From contig JAMWBK010000002.1 of NCBI GenBank assembly GCA_029953675.1, positions 1,426,001-1,490,000 of the forward strand: 64,000 nucleotides of DNA. Direction: 5' to 3'. Positions 36,488-48,076 of this stretch are shown piece by piece. Under the pieces are notes generated by a model that was not told the DNA's origin, did no database searches, and was given only the letters and a program-made list of their open reading frames with translations. Position 1 is the first letter of the stretch; the number at the start of each line of letters is the position of its first letter. Source of the stretch: Rhodosorus marinus CCMP1338 (Eukaryota; Plantae; Rhodophyta). The translations under genes and the position numbers were made by a program.

Positions 36488-37514
36488 AAAAACTCGCCTT
36501 CCCTATAAAAAATCCCATTTTTTCCCTCTTTTCGACTCGTTTGCCTCGAAAAAAATCGTTCATCAGGAAAAGTCGCTTCGTCTCGTCCTTGTCTCCTCTG
36601 GATCTGAAAAATCGCCTCCTCTCGTCTCGTTTGCGTCGAAAAACGTTGAGAATCGCTGGAAACGATGCGATTTAGTAGTGAACGTTCGCCTCGTTTCTTC
36701 TCGTTCGCGTTGAAAAAGCCTTCACCGAGTCCGATGCTTCGGGAAATGTGGCTCCCGCGCGATCAAATCGGTGAAAACCGTGTTGCAGGGTATGTAACCT
36801 GGGTAGCGCGATTTTGCCCATTTTTGCCCCTTCAAACTACATATTTAGTAGTGAAGAGAGTGTGAAAAACTATAGATATACAAAATGATGTAAATGACCG
36901 AAATGACGAAAAAGGTGTCTTTTTGATATTTGATCACTTCCACTTTTCATGCTGCGAGCTCGAAACTCTCGAAAGCAAGCAGCCCAGTAACCCCAGACAT
37001 AGCCAAATCTTGGTCACTTTTCGCCCAATATGGCGGTGATTGGTCAACTCCAGTAGGGAAAGTTGTCGAAGTTTGCAAAAAATAGTTGAAAAAGCCGTGT
37101 ATGTACCGGATAAACCCGCGTTTTCGAAAGAAATGTGCCCTCTTCTGAAGAATCTAGTAGGGAAGGGATAAGTCTGAATCATTAGTGAAGAGACCCTGCG
37201 AAGCAATATTTATCCAGCTGCTTCTCCTCACTTTGCCCGCTCTCGACCCAAGGAGCGTCAGCGAAAGCTCATAACTTCGCGCTGGTAAGTGGTGAAGCTC
37301 GCGCTGGTATTTGTTGAAGCTCGCGCTGGTATTTGTTGAAGCTCGCGCTGGTAGGTGTTGAACCTAGCGCTGGTAGGTGTTGAACCTCGCGCTGGTAGGT
37401 GTTGAACCTCGCGCTGGCAGGTGTTGAACCTCGCGCTGGTAGGTGTCTGTATCTGAAAAGCTCGCCTTCCCAATAAAAAAATCCCTTTTTTTCCCTCTTT
37501 TCGCCTCGTTTGCC
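36488..37514. repeat. Dispersed ~58-bp direct repeat pair flanking a ~0.9-kb non-coding block
   Basis: aaaa(a/g)ctcgccttccc.ataaaaaatccc.tttttccctcttttcg.ctcgtttgcc at about 36488-36545 and 37456-37514. Confidence 0.85.
37276..37446. repeat. 22-bp minisatellite, about 7.8 copies
   Basis: Unit ctcgcgctggtaggtgttgaac, with variants gtatttgttgaag and gtaagtggtgaag. Units start at 37276, 37298, 37320, 37342, 37364, 37386, 37408 and 37430. Confidence 0.97.
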
Positions 37515-37816
37515 CTGCAAAACTCGCCTTCGCTTGGTGAACCTCGCGTAGGTGGTGAACTCGTTGAAGAGCTAGAGCATGAATGTTTGCCCGCCGGTCG
37601 AAAGTGCTTGATGTACCCGTTCGAAAGAACTCTGAGTCCTGAGGAATCCCAGCGTTCCCAGTTCACAGAATATCCTTGCATTCCTATGAAGTTTCTATGG
37701 CGTTTTTCATATCTGTACAGATCCCTAGCTCATCAGGAAAGGACAACCTTTTCCTCTTTCAACCAAACTGTGAAGATCATATTAATAATCGCGTGCAACG
37801 TGTCAAGTCGCCTTTG

Positions 37817-39270
37817 CTAAAGATCAGAATCATAGCCCTCCTCTTCTTCGTCGTCCTCATCATCAAACTCGTCCTCTTCAGATTCCTCTTGGATTTCACC
37901 GGTATACCTTAAACAGATACAAGAGTGTGATTTTTGAGCGATACTTTGCTGGAGTGTGTGCTGCAGCCTATAGTCCGTGTTTTACACACCATCTGACCGC
38001 GTTTGGAATTATCTCTGATCGCAGCCGATCGCCGATCTCGTAATCAGCTTCTAAAATGTCCTCAATAATCTCCTGTTCTTCCGGGTCATCCACCATCTGT
38101 GGAGGAGCAAACAAATGGAAGAAGGAGTCACACGTCTCCACCTTTGTCGAATATTTCGGAGGTCCCTTCGGCCCCTTTATCTTTTTCCTTATAACTCGCT
38201 TTGTCAAGTCCTTTCCAGAATTCCAGTCAATAGGACACCTGCAAATTTGTGAAATACACTCAGAGACATTGAAGCGTTTGATGACGTGCACCGAGAAGCT
38301 AGACGCACCCGATCGCTCTTGTCAGTACGTCTGGATCCTCTTCATCCATCTCGTACACTTTTGTCAACACTAGATTCTCAAAATATGGGTTGGAGGAAAA
38401 CTTGAAGGTCAAAGTGAAGGTTCCCTCCCCTGCGACATTGTCGCTAGTTATGTCCACCAAATACTTGAGCGCTTCCTCATCCCGATTTGTAATATTGTCG
38501 GCAATCAACTAATCCGATAAAACCGAAACACAGCGAGATGTTTATTTTAGGACACGCCAGTCCAAGAAGAGTTCAGAAACCCCACCAAGCCAAGTAGGTC
38601 TTGCCGACGGGTGGGACACGGGCATACCTTGGACTTCTTCAGAACGTTGAGCCAAAAATGAGAGAGGGCGCTTGAATCGATACATGACGCTCGCTCGTCA
38701 AAAAGAGTCTGAAACTTCTTGTTGTACTTTCTGACGAGTTCCTTCTCCTCAAGCTCCATCCTACAGAAAAGGACACTCTCTTAGTACTTAAGTGTATTCA
38801 GCCGCATCAGTTCATTGGCCGTGGCCGTATTTCGGCTCTGATCTGGTCAGCATTCGACGTTTGATGTGTTTTCTCATGCAGCGGAAAGAAAGGATTGGAG
38901 CTTCATGTACATACATTGCATTAATATCATCTGCTTCCGTTTGCAAGTTGTACAGCTTGTCAATAGCAGCTTGCTCCTCAGGTGTATACTCCACTTCACT
39001 TGTTTCTTGCCTTCCCGTATCTAGCAGGCCGTCATTAGCGAACGGGTTGACGAACTTCATTTTAGGCATCTCTCCTTCACGGGATTGTGGGCGAACGCGT
39101 TCTGTAACGTGTTTATCGTCCAAGATAATCTTCTCTCCCTCGCCAGCTGGACCTTGACCTTCCTCGCTCAGATGCTCTGTCTTATCTACTGAGTCCGGAA
39201 GTGCAGCTCCGCCCACGTCACCAGCTATCTCCGAGCTTTCCCCGAGACTCGCTGACGCCTTTTCTGCCAT
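37817..39270 (-). CDS. NAP1: Nucleosome assembly protein 1 (NAP1) histone chaperone; 5 exons
   Basis: LYNLQ..KYNKKFQTLFDER, HFWLNVL, DEEALKYLVDI, FKFSSNPYFENLVLTKVY, AIG|CPIDW..GKDLT, SFFHLF..P, DYEIG..IIPNAVRW|YTGE and an acidic tail. Confidence 0.95.
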
Positions 39271-41071
39271 CTCTCTCGGAAGCTCACCACCTCAAACGAC
39301 AGCTAACACGAACTGGAGATCTGTAACTATCAACGCTCGCAGATATCCAACCAATAGACAAACTACCGTACCTTTCGCTTCTTATCAACTGTTCTGCATG
39401 GTGCCTCCTCTTGGGCAAAGCAGAACTATCCAATTCCCCACGAACAATTCGGCGCACCGAGAAACCTGACCAAACCTAACAAACCCTCGAGAATCCAGAT
39501 CTTCAGATCTACGGTCGCGGAGTCGGAAATCTTAGAGAAAGCGCGTAGGAGACATACGCTTATCGAACCAAGCAAAAGAAAAAGAAAGCGAAAATCTCGG
39601 CCAGCAAAACGCAGCTCTTCCAAAATGCCCCAATCGCCCCTGCAAAGACCTCAACGATCTGTACATACGGTTTCAACTTTCCAAACTAGAAAATGCTCCC
39701 CCTTAAAATCTCCTGCTTTCCTTCCTCTATCCCTCAAACGCCCATCCCAAGCAACCCGCAGCAGCTTTTGTACTAACGAAGACCGCATCCACCATTCCAT
39801 CAAGACGTAAGAAGCGGCAAACAATTACAAAGTAACAAAAGCCAACAGCCATGCGAAGAGTTTGGCCAAGAAGAAATATTCCACGATCATAAAAACCACG
39901 CAAATTCTTCGATACCGACCTGAGGCGAAGGGGGAAAAAGGATACTGTCATGTGTCCTCTCTTTCTTGGCCCGAAAGAAAATTGATAGTTTCAAAGCCAA
40001 CCTGGCGAATGATACTTTTCACTCTAATGAAAAAAAAAATTTGAACCACACGGGGCAAATGTTTCACCTCTCCAAAAACTATCAAATATCACTCGTCCTA
40101 TGAAACTCGAATAAAATAGAATTATGATATATAAAACCTTTATTCAATCTAAATTAGCTCAATTATGATTGAAAGTTCTCAAACAAGTCTTTTTGACGAG
40201 GGGGTAGACGCTTTAGAACAGCAGAATGGATATTTGTTATTTAATATAATTATCAATATATCTAAATATATTTCCTATTTACACCCCCGTAACGATGACG
40301 AGCTTGCTATTGCATCACGGCGTTCGGTTTGAAAAATGTTAATAAATAGATGGGATTCATTGGCAAACTTGAATAATATGGCGGAAACTTTTACAAATGA
40401 GGTGACTATCGGTCTGTAATTGGTCTAAAAGGTTGGTTTTTCAGTAAATATTAAGATTATTTGGATAATCTGGATATTTTATTGGTGAGATAATGTGGTC
40501 ATCGGACTCGCCTTGTAAACTGCTGAGGTGGTGTTTGGGCCATCCCGTACATGGATGGCAGCTGATACCAATAGTGAGAGTTAGTTGAGCTGGTCATGAG
40601 AGACTTGCTTAAGAAGCTCCAGTGCTTCAAGAGGTGATGCTACAAGACCTCATTGATCCCAAGGCGATTTGGGAGAAGTGTTTTTCAGTCAAAAAAACCG
40701 AACATGAAAGCTCACCCAGATGCTCAATTGAACACCAACGCAAGCACTGGTTTCTTTCTACAAATTCACTGAGTAGTTCCAACTCCGCTCCATAATCAGC
40801 TAATAAGGACACAGTCTGTCCCACTCCCGCGGTGATGCCAGAGACGTCATTTCGGACAGGGCTTCAAGAGGCCTTTCGTCTCTGATAAGGGCTGTGAAAC
40901 CACTTGAGATCGGCGCCCTCGTCGGCAGTGAAGGGTCTGTTATTGCGAGGGAACGGGATTTGATCTTTCCTAACTAGCGAATAAATACAAGATATTTAGA
41001 CTAGACTAAGTGAGTCTGGTGGATGGAGCGTTGGCGATGGCGGTACTTGAACGCCTCTGCTACCTGGAGTA

Positions 41072-42731
41072 ATGACTCTGAGTGAGGAGGAGCTCATCGA
41101 TCTTCGGTCGAGTCTACGAGGATGTCGTCAGGAGTTGGATGAACAGTCCGCATCTGGATTACTACCAGCTCTGGGCCATCATGACTTTCGAGGTGCTTGT
41201 CTTCTCCGATCTGTATCGGGTCTTGTATGCATGAGCAATGATCCTGATTTCCTAAACTGTCCATGTTCTCAGTTCGTGTACAGGCGGTGAGAGCCCTCAG
41301 CGAAGGTCAGGGCACCGTGAAAGAGCTTGAACACGTGTTCCTAACAATTTCTAAGGAGGACTGGAATACTGAGGTCAGAATCCACGCTTTGGACGCACTG
41401 GTCACGATCCTTCAGTGAGTAATTGGCATGCGTTTAGTTGTCGGGAACAAAACAACCTCTCATGAAGGAGTCTCCTCCCAAATTCTTGTACGGTGCTTCG
41501 TCTAGGACAAAAGCCCACCCGGTTGTTCCCGATGGACTGGTGGAAATGTTGGAAACTGAAACAGGACCAGACGAAGCCCTTATCAAGCGAGCAATCATCC
41601 GCGCTATTGCTGCGTCGCGTTGCTCTGGAACTGCCGGTGTACGTCTGCTTCTCGTACTTTGTGATCAGCTGATGCGAACGGATGATCCGGATCTACAGGC
41701 AGATATTTTCCATGCCTCAACGTGTTTGAACATTGAAGAGCTGTCATGGCCTTCAATGTATGAGTGTTTGTCTAAGAGAATTCGAGCACCGATCAGATCG
41801 GGACCGAAGAAGAAGAAGCTAAGTAAGTCTGCGGTAGAGACGTCCAGGCCCTGGATATTCCGGGGTACTTTTGTCCACGGTGCTGAAAACCAGCGGTGTC
41901 AAGTACGCAGCGCTTGTGCCAAGGCCCTTGGCGAGATTTACAGTGGCTACTTGCGTACGCGAAAGGACAATCTGGACACACTCGAGTGGCGAAAAGTCTG
42001 TGACAGAGAAGTGTCAGTGATTCTATCTGACCTCTCACAAGATGATGAACCAGAGGTGAGTTTTTAGGGTGTACAATTGCTGCCATTCACCGGCAAGGTT
42101 TCTACCAGCTCGATGACGGAAGCTTTTTACACACTCCAGGTCGTTAGTGCTTGTCTGATCGCAACGAATGAGCTCGTGAAGTTCTGGCAGGGTTCACCGC
42201 TATCCTTGACGCGGGTGGAACTTCATACCGTTATTCGCCATATCCGGTTAGTTCTGCTCATCATCACCGCTGGATGAGTCGCACTTGTTTTCTCACTACA
42301 GGTGAAAGCGTTTTCTGTGCAGTGCCTTTGGGGGAGATCTCCCGGACCTCAGCCATCTAATCGCCAGGTGTGTGGATGCTGTCGGTGCTCCTGAACTGCT
42401 CTCGGAAGACGAACCTGAAGAGACGAGGACGCAAAAACCTGCCCGTACTGGACAAAGCCTGCCCAGCCTTCGCCTTCGATCGAAAGAGGGCGGTGCGCTA
42501 GTCACAGGATTCTTTCATACCATTCAAGTCCAAGACCTTCAGTGGTTGGGTATCGAGATTGCAGAAGCCTCGATGTTTGAAGTGGGCCCTCTTGATCGGA
42601 TTGCTGGCAAAGATCTCAACTCATTAAGAGTCGAGAAGACCATCTTAGACCCGAGAATCTCCAGCAGATCAAAAGCAAGGGTTGTAATTTTGCCGACAAC
42701 GCCTCTCACTCAATGGCTTCCTGAGGATTGA
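41072..42731 (+). CDS. INTS4: HEAT-repeat protein, Integrator subunit 4 / SIEL-like; multi-exon, 3-prime structure uncertain
   Basis: RGTFVHGAENQRCQVRSACAKALGEI and ILSDLSQDDEPEV|VSACLIATNEL parallel INTS4 GAFVHGLEDE..EVR.AA..AL and FLVDMFNDE..EVRL. Confidence 0.6.
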
Positions 42732-42954
42732 CAGTGATTGGTATATTGACGAGCTCCCTGATCGACAGAGCGCACGGGAAGGAAACGCTGCGCGAGGTTT
42801 TTGCTGGATACTTGCCGATGGAATACCTATGGAGGCAGTCCTCCCAATGCCAATCGCCGTTGCTTTTGTGGCTTGCCATCGCGCGCCTTGTCAGTAAGTT
42901 TATTCGGCGGTTTTTGTTTTCTTACTGTTTTCCATCATTTGATTAATTTCTCAA

Positions 42955-45030
42955 TTAGTGCAAATTGCTGTCGAAACTAACAAATCCAATTAGTTTAAAG
43001 AGGTGGTAGAAGCTTTTCTTTTCAAGCTCATTGCACCAGTGCCATGCGCTTGTCAACCGCCCATCGATACAGCTGCCCGCGTCGAAGAAGTTATCTGCGC
43101 CGCTTCCATCGAATGCGTGTCTATAAAAATCGCGCAAAACCTCCTTCTTGGCGTCCTCCACCGAGCCAAACGCATCCTCAACATACTTGAGGATGGCTTG
43201 ATCTTCGATCTTATCCATTTGTCTTAAAGCAGTGGTCAACGGCAGCAGAATTCGTGGAATATGAGCATACTTGTCTATGAACATTAACGCGTTAGGTACG
43301 TTATGATCTCCTAAATGAACAACGTCCGATCCAACCCAATTCGGTACCTACACAGAGCGCGACAGTGAGAACAGTCAATTAGAGACACGTGCAGAGCAGC
43401 TTGACACTTTCAAGAATCTGGACGGTGGGGCTGAGGCAAAAGCTCACTCGTTTCCGAACACGCTTAACGACCAGCTCCATTTCCCGCTTCAGACGAGGAG
43501 CACGCTGTAGGCGATGGATTCCCTGACCGGTGTTCCGAAGAACGTACGGTTCATTCGGGTTGAGAAGATCTCTCTCGGCGATGATCATCAACTTGCACAA
43601 GTCGTGGAGTACCTCCCTCCATAGCCATAATGTCTGAAGCACATACTCATATTGGCGTCTGTGGTCGTGAGTAAGTCTCGCACCTCCACGTCCGCTCATT
43701 ATCGCAAGTGAGTCAGACACCCGAAGTGGTTCCTCATCGGAGAAGTATTTTGTCAAATATGCTATCATTTCGTCGCAGGGATCTCTCGAAGCGCGCAGAA
43801 ACGCGTTATTGTCACCAATTGAATACAACGCTATACGAATCTCGTCCTCAGTAGCTTCCGAGTCTCGTCCATACTTTCTCGCTAAGCGCTCAATCCCGCG
43901 TTCCTTCTCTCGGATCTCCGCATTGATCTCAGGGCGGGACTTTCGCCCTGGGATGATCTCCTTCGTCGCAGTCGCTGCCAGTGGGTCATGCAGGATGGCT
44001 AAGGTGTTCCTTTGTTTCAAGAAGTGGTGCACCGTTACAAGCTCAGATACGCACGAAAAGTTCAACTGTTCTTGGACTTCTGGAAGCATTGTATCCTATT
44101 GAAAAGAACGGTCTGGTCAGTCTTTTTGGATCGCTCTTGCAACATCGGTCGTGCACTTTCGGGGCTTGTTTAAGTACCTGAAGCATATGCACCAGCTTTG
44201 CATAATTGCCACGAAGCAGTTCTGGGTTTCCGAGGTGGTATCTTCTGCTGATTTCGAAGCCAGCAGCAATCAGTTCCTTCTGGGCTGCAAAGTCCCTCGA
44301 GTTGACCAGATCGCGTCCAGTATTGAAGCTAACGCCCGCAATAACCCCAGACATGAGCGCGTACGAGTTCTTCATGACCGTGTGGACGCGTTTATTGCTG
44401 ATCTGGTCAACCCTATCAGTGTATTCGCTCACTTTGAGACAGTTGTCCACCAGCCGTTGTACCTTCCGTTCACGAGGACTCAGCCGCAGGGGTATATACT
44501 TGCTTCTCTCCTCGAAGCTAGATAATCCAGTGCCGAGCAAAGTCAGTTGGAGTAAGCTGAGGGTTTGATTCTGGTCTAGGAAAACTTAGATTCGTGTTGA
44601 TGTCTTACTCAGCATCGAACATGCTTCCCTCATAATCCCCGTGATCGAACATCTCAGCGTCAACGTCTGCATCAGCGACTGGGATCTCTGGTACATGTTT
44701 GGAGGCATCCTCGCCCCTCAGTTCTCTCAAAATGACAAGAATCGCTTCAAGGAGCTTTTCACGATCATCTTCCGCATCCCACTTCAAGATTTCCAACCAA
44801 GATATTCAGATTGTCGAAAGAAGAGGCGAAAGGATGCTTAGCATGAGAGGTCAACCTTAAGAAAACAAGCACCCAACACGGACTGAACTACTGACTCAAA
44901 CACGACAGAACCTGCAGGTACATGAGCTCAGAACGCTTACATCCTTCTCTAAGACCTTATAGAAACGATCATTCCGCTCCTCTCCATTCTCTTCGCCTGC
45001 CGAATTCTTCTGAGGATCATCACCATCCAT
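42955..45030 (-). CDS. UPF0652 / DUF2009 family protein; multi-exon
   Basis: YIPLRLSPRER..LKVSEYTDRVD, NPELLRGNYAKLVHMLQ, YSIGDNNAFL, GARLTHDH..QYEYVLQTLWLWRE, FDGSGADNFFDAGSCIDGRLTSAWHWC..LEKK. ATG at 45030. Confidence 0.9.
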
Positions 45031-45101
45031 AACGGACCAGATAACCCCACCACCCACTCCAACAGAGGAGGAAAGGAACAATGGAGAACTGCGAAAGTCT
45101 G

Positions 45102-45136
45102 AACCCTAATCTATCTCAAAACCCTAACCCCTAAAA
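45102..45136. promoter_or_regulatory. Telo-box-like (AAACCCTAA) motif cluster upstream of the DUF2009 start
   Basis: aaccctaa at 45102-45109 and aaaccctaacccctaaaa at 45119-45136. Confidence 0.35.
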
Positions 45137-46282
45137 CTCCTACAATTTCACAGAATTTCATAAATCCTATCGATTCTAACAGTGCTAAGAAAACCTACTC
45201 TTTCCAGACTAATCCATCCAGAATCTGCTGCTACGCCACGCCGTTGCTCCCTTCTCAATACCGTTCTCTCCTAACAACGCATGTGAACCAGGTCAAAATC
45301 CAATTTCAAGAGATTTCAGGCTGCTTTCCTAGAAACACATTCATTAAAAAACAAACACACATGCTTTAATACTAAATCAACCAAAAAATGTACGTCCCTC
45401 CTCCCTCACCTCCGTCCTCCTCTACACGAAGATGGCTACCCCCATCGTTTGTAGCCTTCTCCCGCTCCGCAACTGCTGACGAGGAAGGGTAACAAAGCAA
45501 TGAGACAAGCGAACATGTGCATGAGAAAGAAGATTGTCGTCCCTTTCCGAGCTCTTTGCACACCAAGTGCTTTCCGCTTCCCCCGGGACGACGTAGTGAA
45601 GCCAACCAATGATGTTTTCAACCTTTTTGGACGGCAAGCTTTTTCTTGTTTGTGAAGAAGAGCACCGCCTTCGTCCTACGACGAAAAAGACTCACAAGAG
45701 GGAACGGTGGTATTCTAGACTAGCCGCCGGAGCTACGGATACGGACGCCATCGGTCACTAACTACAACTCGTGCGCTGAGCTCTTTCGCTACACTAGCGC
45801 TGAGTGTTCAAGCCGACTTGCTTGCTTGCAAGGAAGGTCAATCCCATTCTGCCTGAACTACGAGATCATCGACCTAGTATTAGCTGAGCTCAATAGTGAC
45901 GGCTTGTGCAGGAAAGCCAACCCTGCTCAAAGCCGTTTGTTCTGATAGTACTCCGAATCAACACAAAGACGTCACGTCGATCAAAGGGAGGAAGCTCATC
46001 GATCCAGCGGTGAGTGCATTCTAGTTGCTTTGACTAGATAAACAAGTTGGGCACGAAAATGCTCGCTTCAGCACTAAACCTTCATACAAGAGCCTGAAGG
46101 AGCGAAAGTGTGACGATCACGAAAACTACTGGCCTTACGCTTTGATTGAAATTGAGGACTGAAGGTTGCTCTTGAGGTTGCCGGTGAGGATGGAGAATGC
46201 TAGCTTCGCTAGCTTCAAGAAGAAGGCAATGGCATTGAGCAGGTTGAGAGTTTTGATATTAGGTGATGAAGATGAAGCGTAG

Positions 46283-47823
46283 ATGGAATCAAGACGAGAC
46301 CAGATTGTGAAGGCATTGAGAGGCGATGGTGTGGAAGCTTGCAAGAGGTTTCTGAGCAGTTCCAGTGATGCTGGTGACGGTCCCTCTCTCTTGATCGTTG
46401 GCGATGATGCACGTGAGGTTGTGCGAATCTCGACCAAGGCCGTCGTCCTCGTCCTTCGCTTTTCATGTTTGCGCAGCGGCTTGGGAGAGGAGTTTGCGGA
46501 AGTTTGGGATGAACGGAAGGAGACAGTAATTGTTGAGGACCTGGATCAACTGCAGGAAGTATCGTCGAAGAACTTGTTGACCGCTTTGATTGGGAATAAG
46601 CTTGATGAAGCTCGTCTGAGACCTGAGCTGCCACCAAAAATCGTCGGCGTAGCGTCCGAGTTGTCAAAGGTTCCGCCTCCACTTCTTCGGAGCGGAAGGT
46701 TTGACTATATCGTCGACCTCACTGCACCCCCCGACCTGAACTCGCGTAGGAAGGCTTTCCAAGTACTGACAACGAGCATTTGCGCGGAAGAACTTGCCAC
46801 ACTTACTCCGGGGTATTCATCCAAGGACTTCTTCCGCCTGATTCATGAGCTCGGGGTAGAAAGACTTAACGAGAACCGACTGTCTTTGCAAGCCATCCCA
46901 CCTCCTCGACAACTGCTTGTTTCTGAAAGCAGGAAAGTGTACGGATGGGATGTTATCGCCGGGTATGATGAGGAGAAGCAGGCGGTTCGCCGAGCTCTGG
47001 AGTGGCCCTTCGTCCACTCTGACACGCTCTCGTCACTTGGCGTTAAGCCTGTGGGTGGGATTCTACTGCATGGACCATCTGGCTGTGGGAAATCACTGAT
47101 GGCGAACGCTGCCGGAGCAGAGCTTCTCCTGGCCAACTTCATCCACGTCAAGCCTTCCAGCCTTCTCTCAAAGTATTTGGGGGATACCGAAGCAAGAATT
47201 CGATCCCTGTTCGCGCGAGCGAGAGCCATGCTTCCTTGCGTCATCTTCATAGACGAAATCGACTCGCTTTGCCGCAAACGTGAGTAGTAAGGTCCAGAAA
47301 CGTAGCAGGACCGGCGTAACGGCGAAGAGGTCAAAGCTTAGGGAATCGCTTGCTTCTCTTGTTCCCAGGCGATTCCGATGAAGAGTTCAACCTAGACCGA
47401 CGTATCATCGGATCTCTCTTGACAGAGTTGGATGGCATCGCTGGATCTAGAAGAGCGTTTATTCTGGCCTGCACGAATCGATTCGACCTAATTGACCCTG
47501 CTCTTCTGCGTCCAGGGCGAATCGATCAGCTGCTTGAGATTCCAATGCCAGGCTTCAAAAACAGGAAAGCAGTTCTGAAGCACCACGCGTCCCGATTGGG
47601 CTTCGATGATGACCTTCTCCACAATATCTCGCAGGCGACGGCGGGGGCATCATGCGCCACACTGCAATCCATAATGAGGCAGACTGCCATGAACAGCCTG
47701 AGAGATTCATCGGCTGGGGTTGCGCAGAAGGTCACCTTGGATCACCTGAACAAGTCGTTGACTTCTCACAATTTCTTTTCCTTTAATCGGAACTTGTTTC
47801 CTGGCGCCGGGCTTCGGGAATGA
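46283..47823 (+). CDS. CDC48-clade AAA+ ATPase (AFG2/SPATA5-like) with degenerate D1 and intact D2; 2 exons
   Basis: D2 has WDVIAG..ALEWP, GILLHGPSGCGKS, SKYLGDTE, IFIDEID, LLTELDG and TNRFDLIDPALLRPGRID. D1 keeps LLRSGRFD but lacks a Walker A motif. Confidence 0.85.
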
Positions 47824-48076
47824 AAGAGGCCCCCGTTGGCGTCTTCAACCCAGTGGTCAAGAGAAGTGTGCTTTGTTGCGTAGTTGCTCGTCCGCGAGGT
47901 TGCGAGCCGAGAGGATATCAAGCCTATGGCCCTGGCCAATGGATGGATGCATGTAATCAACAGCGTTTATGTACTTGACTAAATAAATATAAAACACGAA
48001 CTAACATCAACAGGTGAAGGTAATGGGAGCGCCTCATCGAATTTTGAAAACTCATGAGGATCAAGCCACAGACCCC

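Noticed and set aside
37276-37446. CRISPR-like repeat array
   Set aside because: The units are contiguous with no spacers, and the context is eukaryotic.
37258-37681. ORFs with repeating PARGSTPTSARFNT peptides
   Set aside because: A by-product of the 22-bp minisatellite, whose unit is not a multiple of 3.
45372-45637. Short ORFs with a P-loop-like string (PGGSGKHLVCKEL)
   Set aside because: No further kinase motifs or gene structure.
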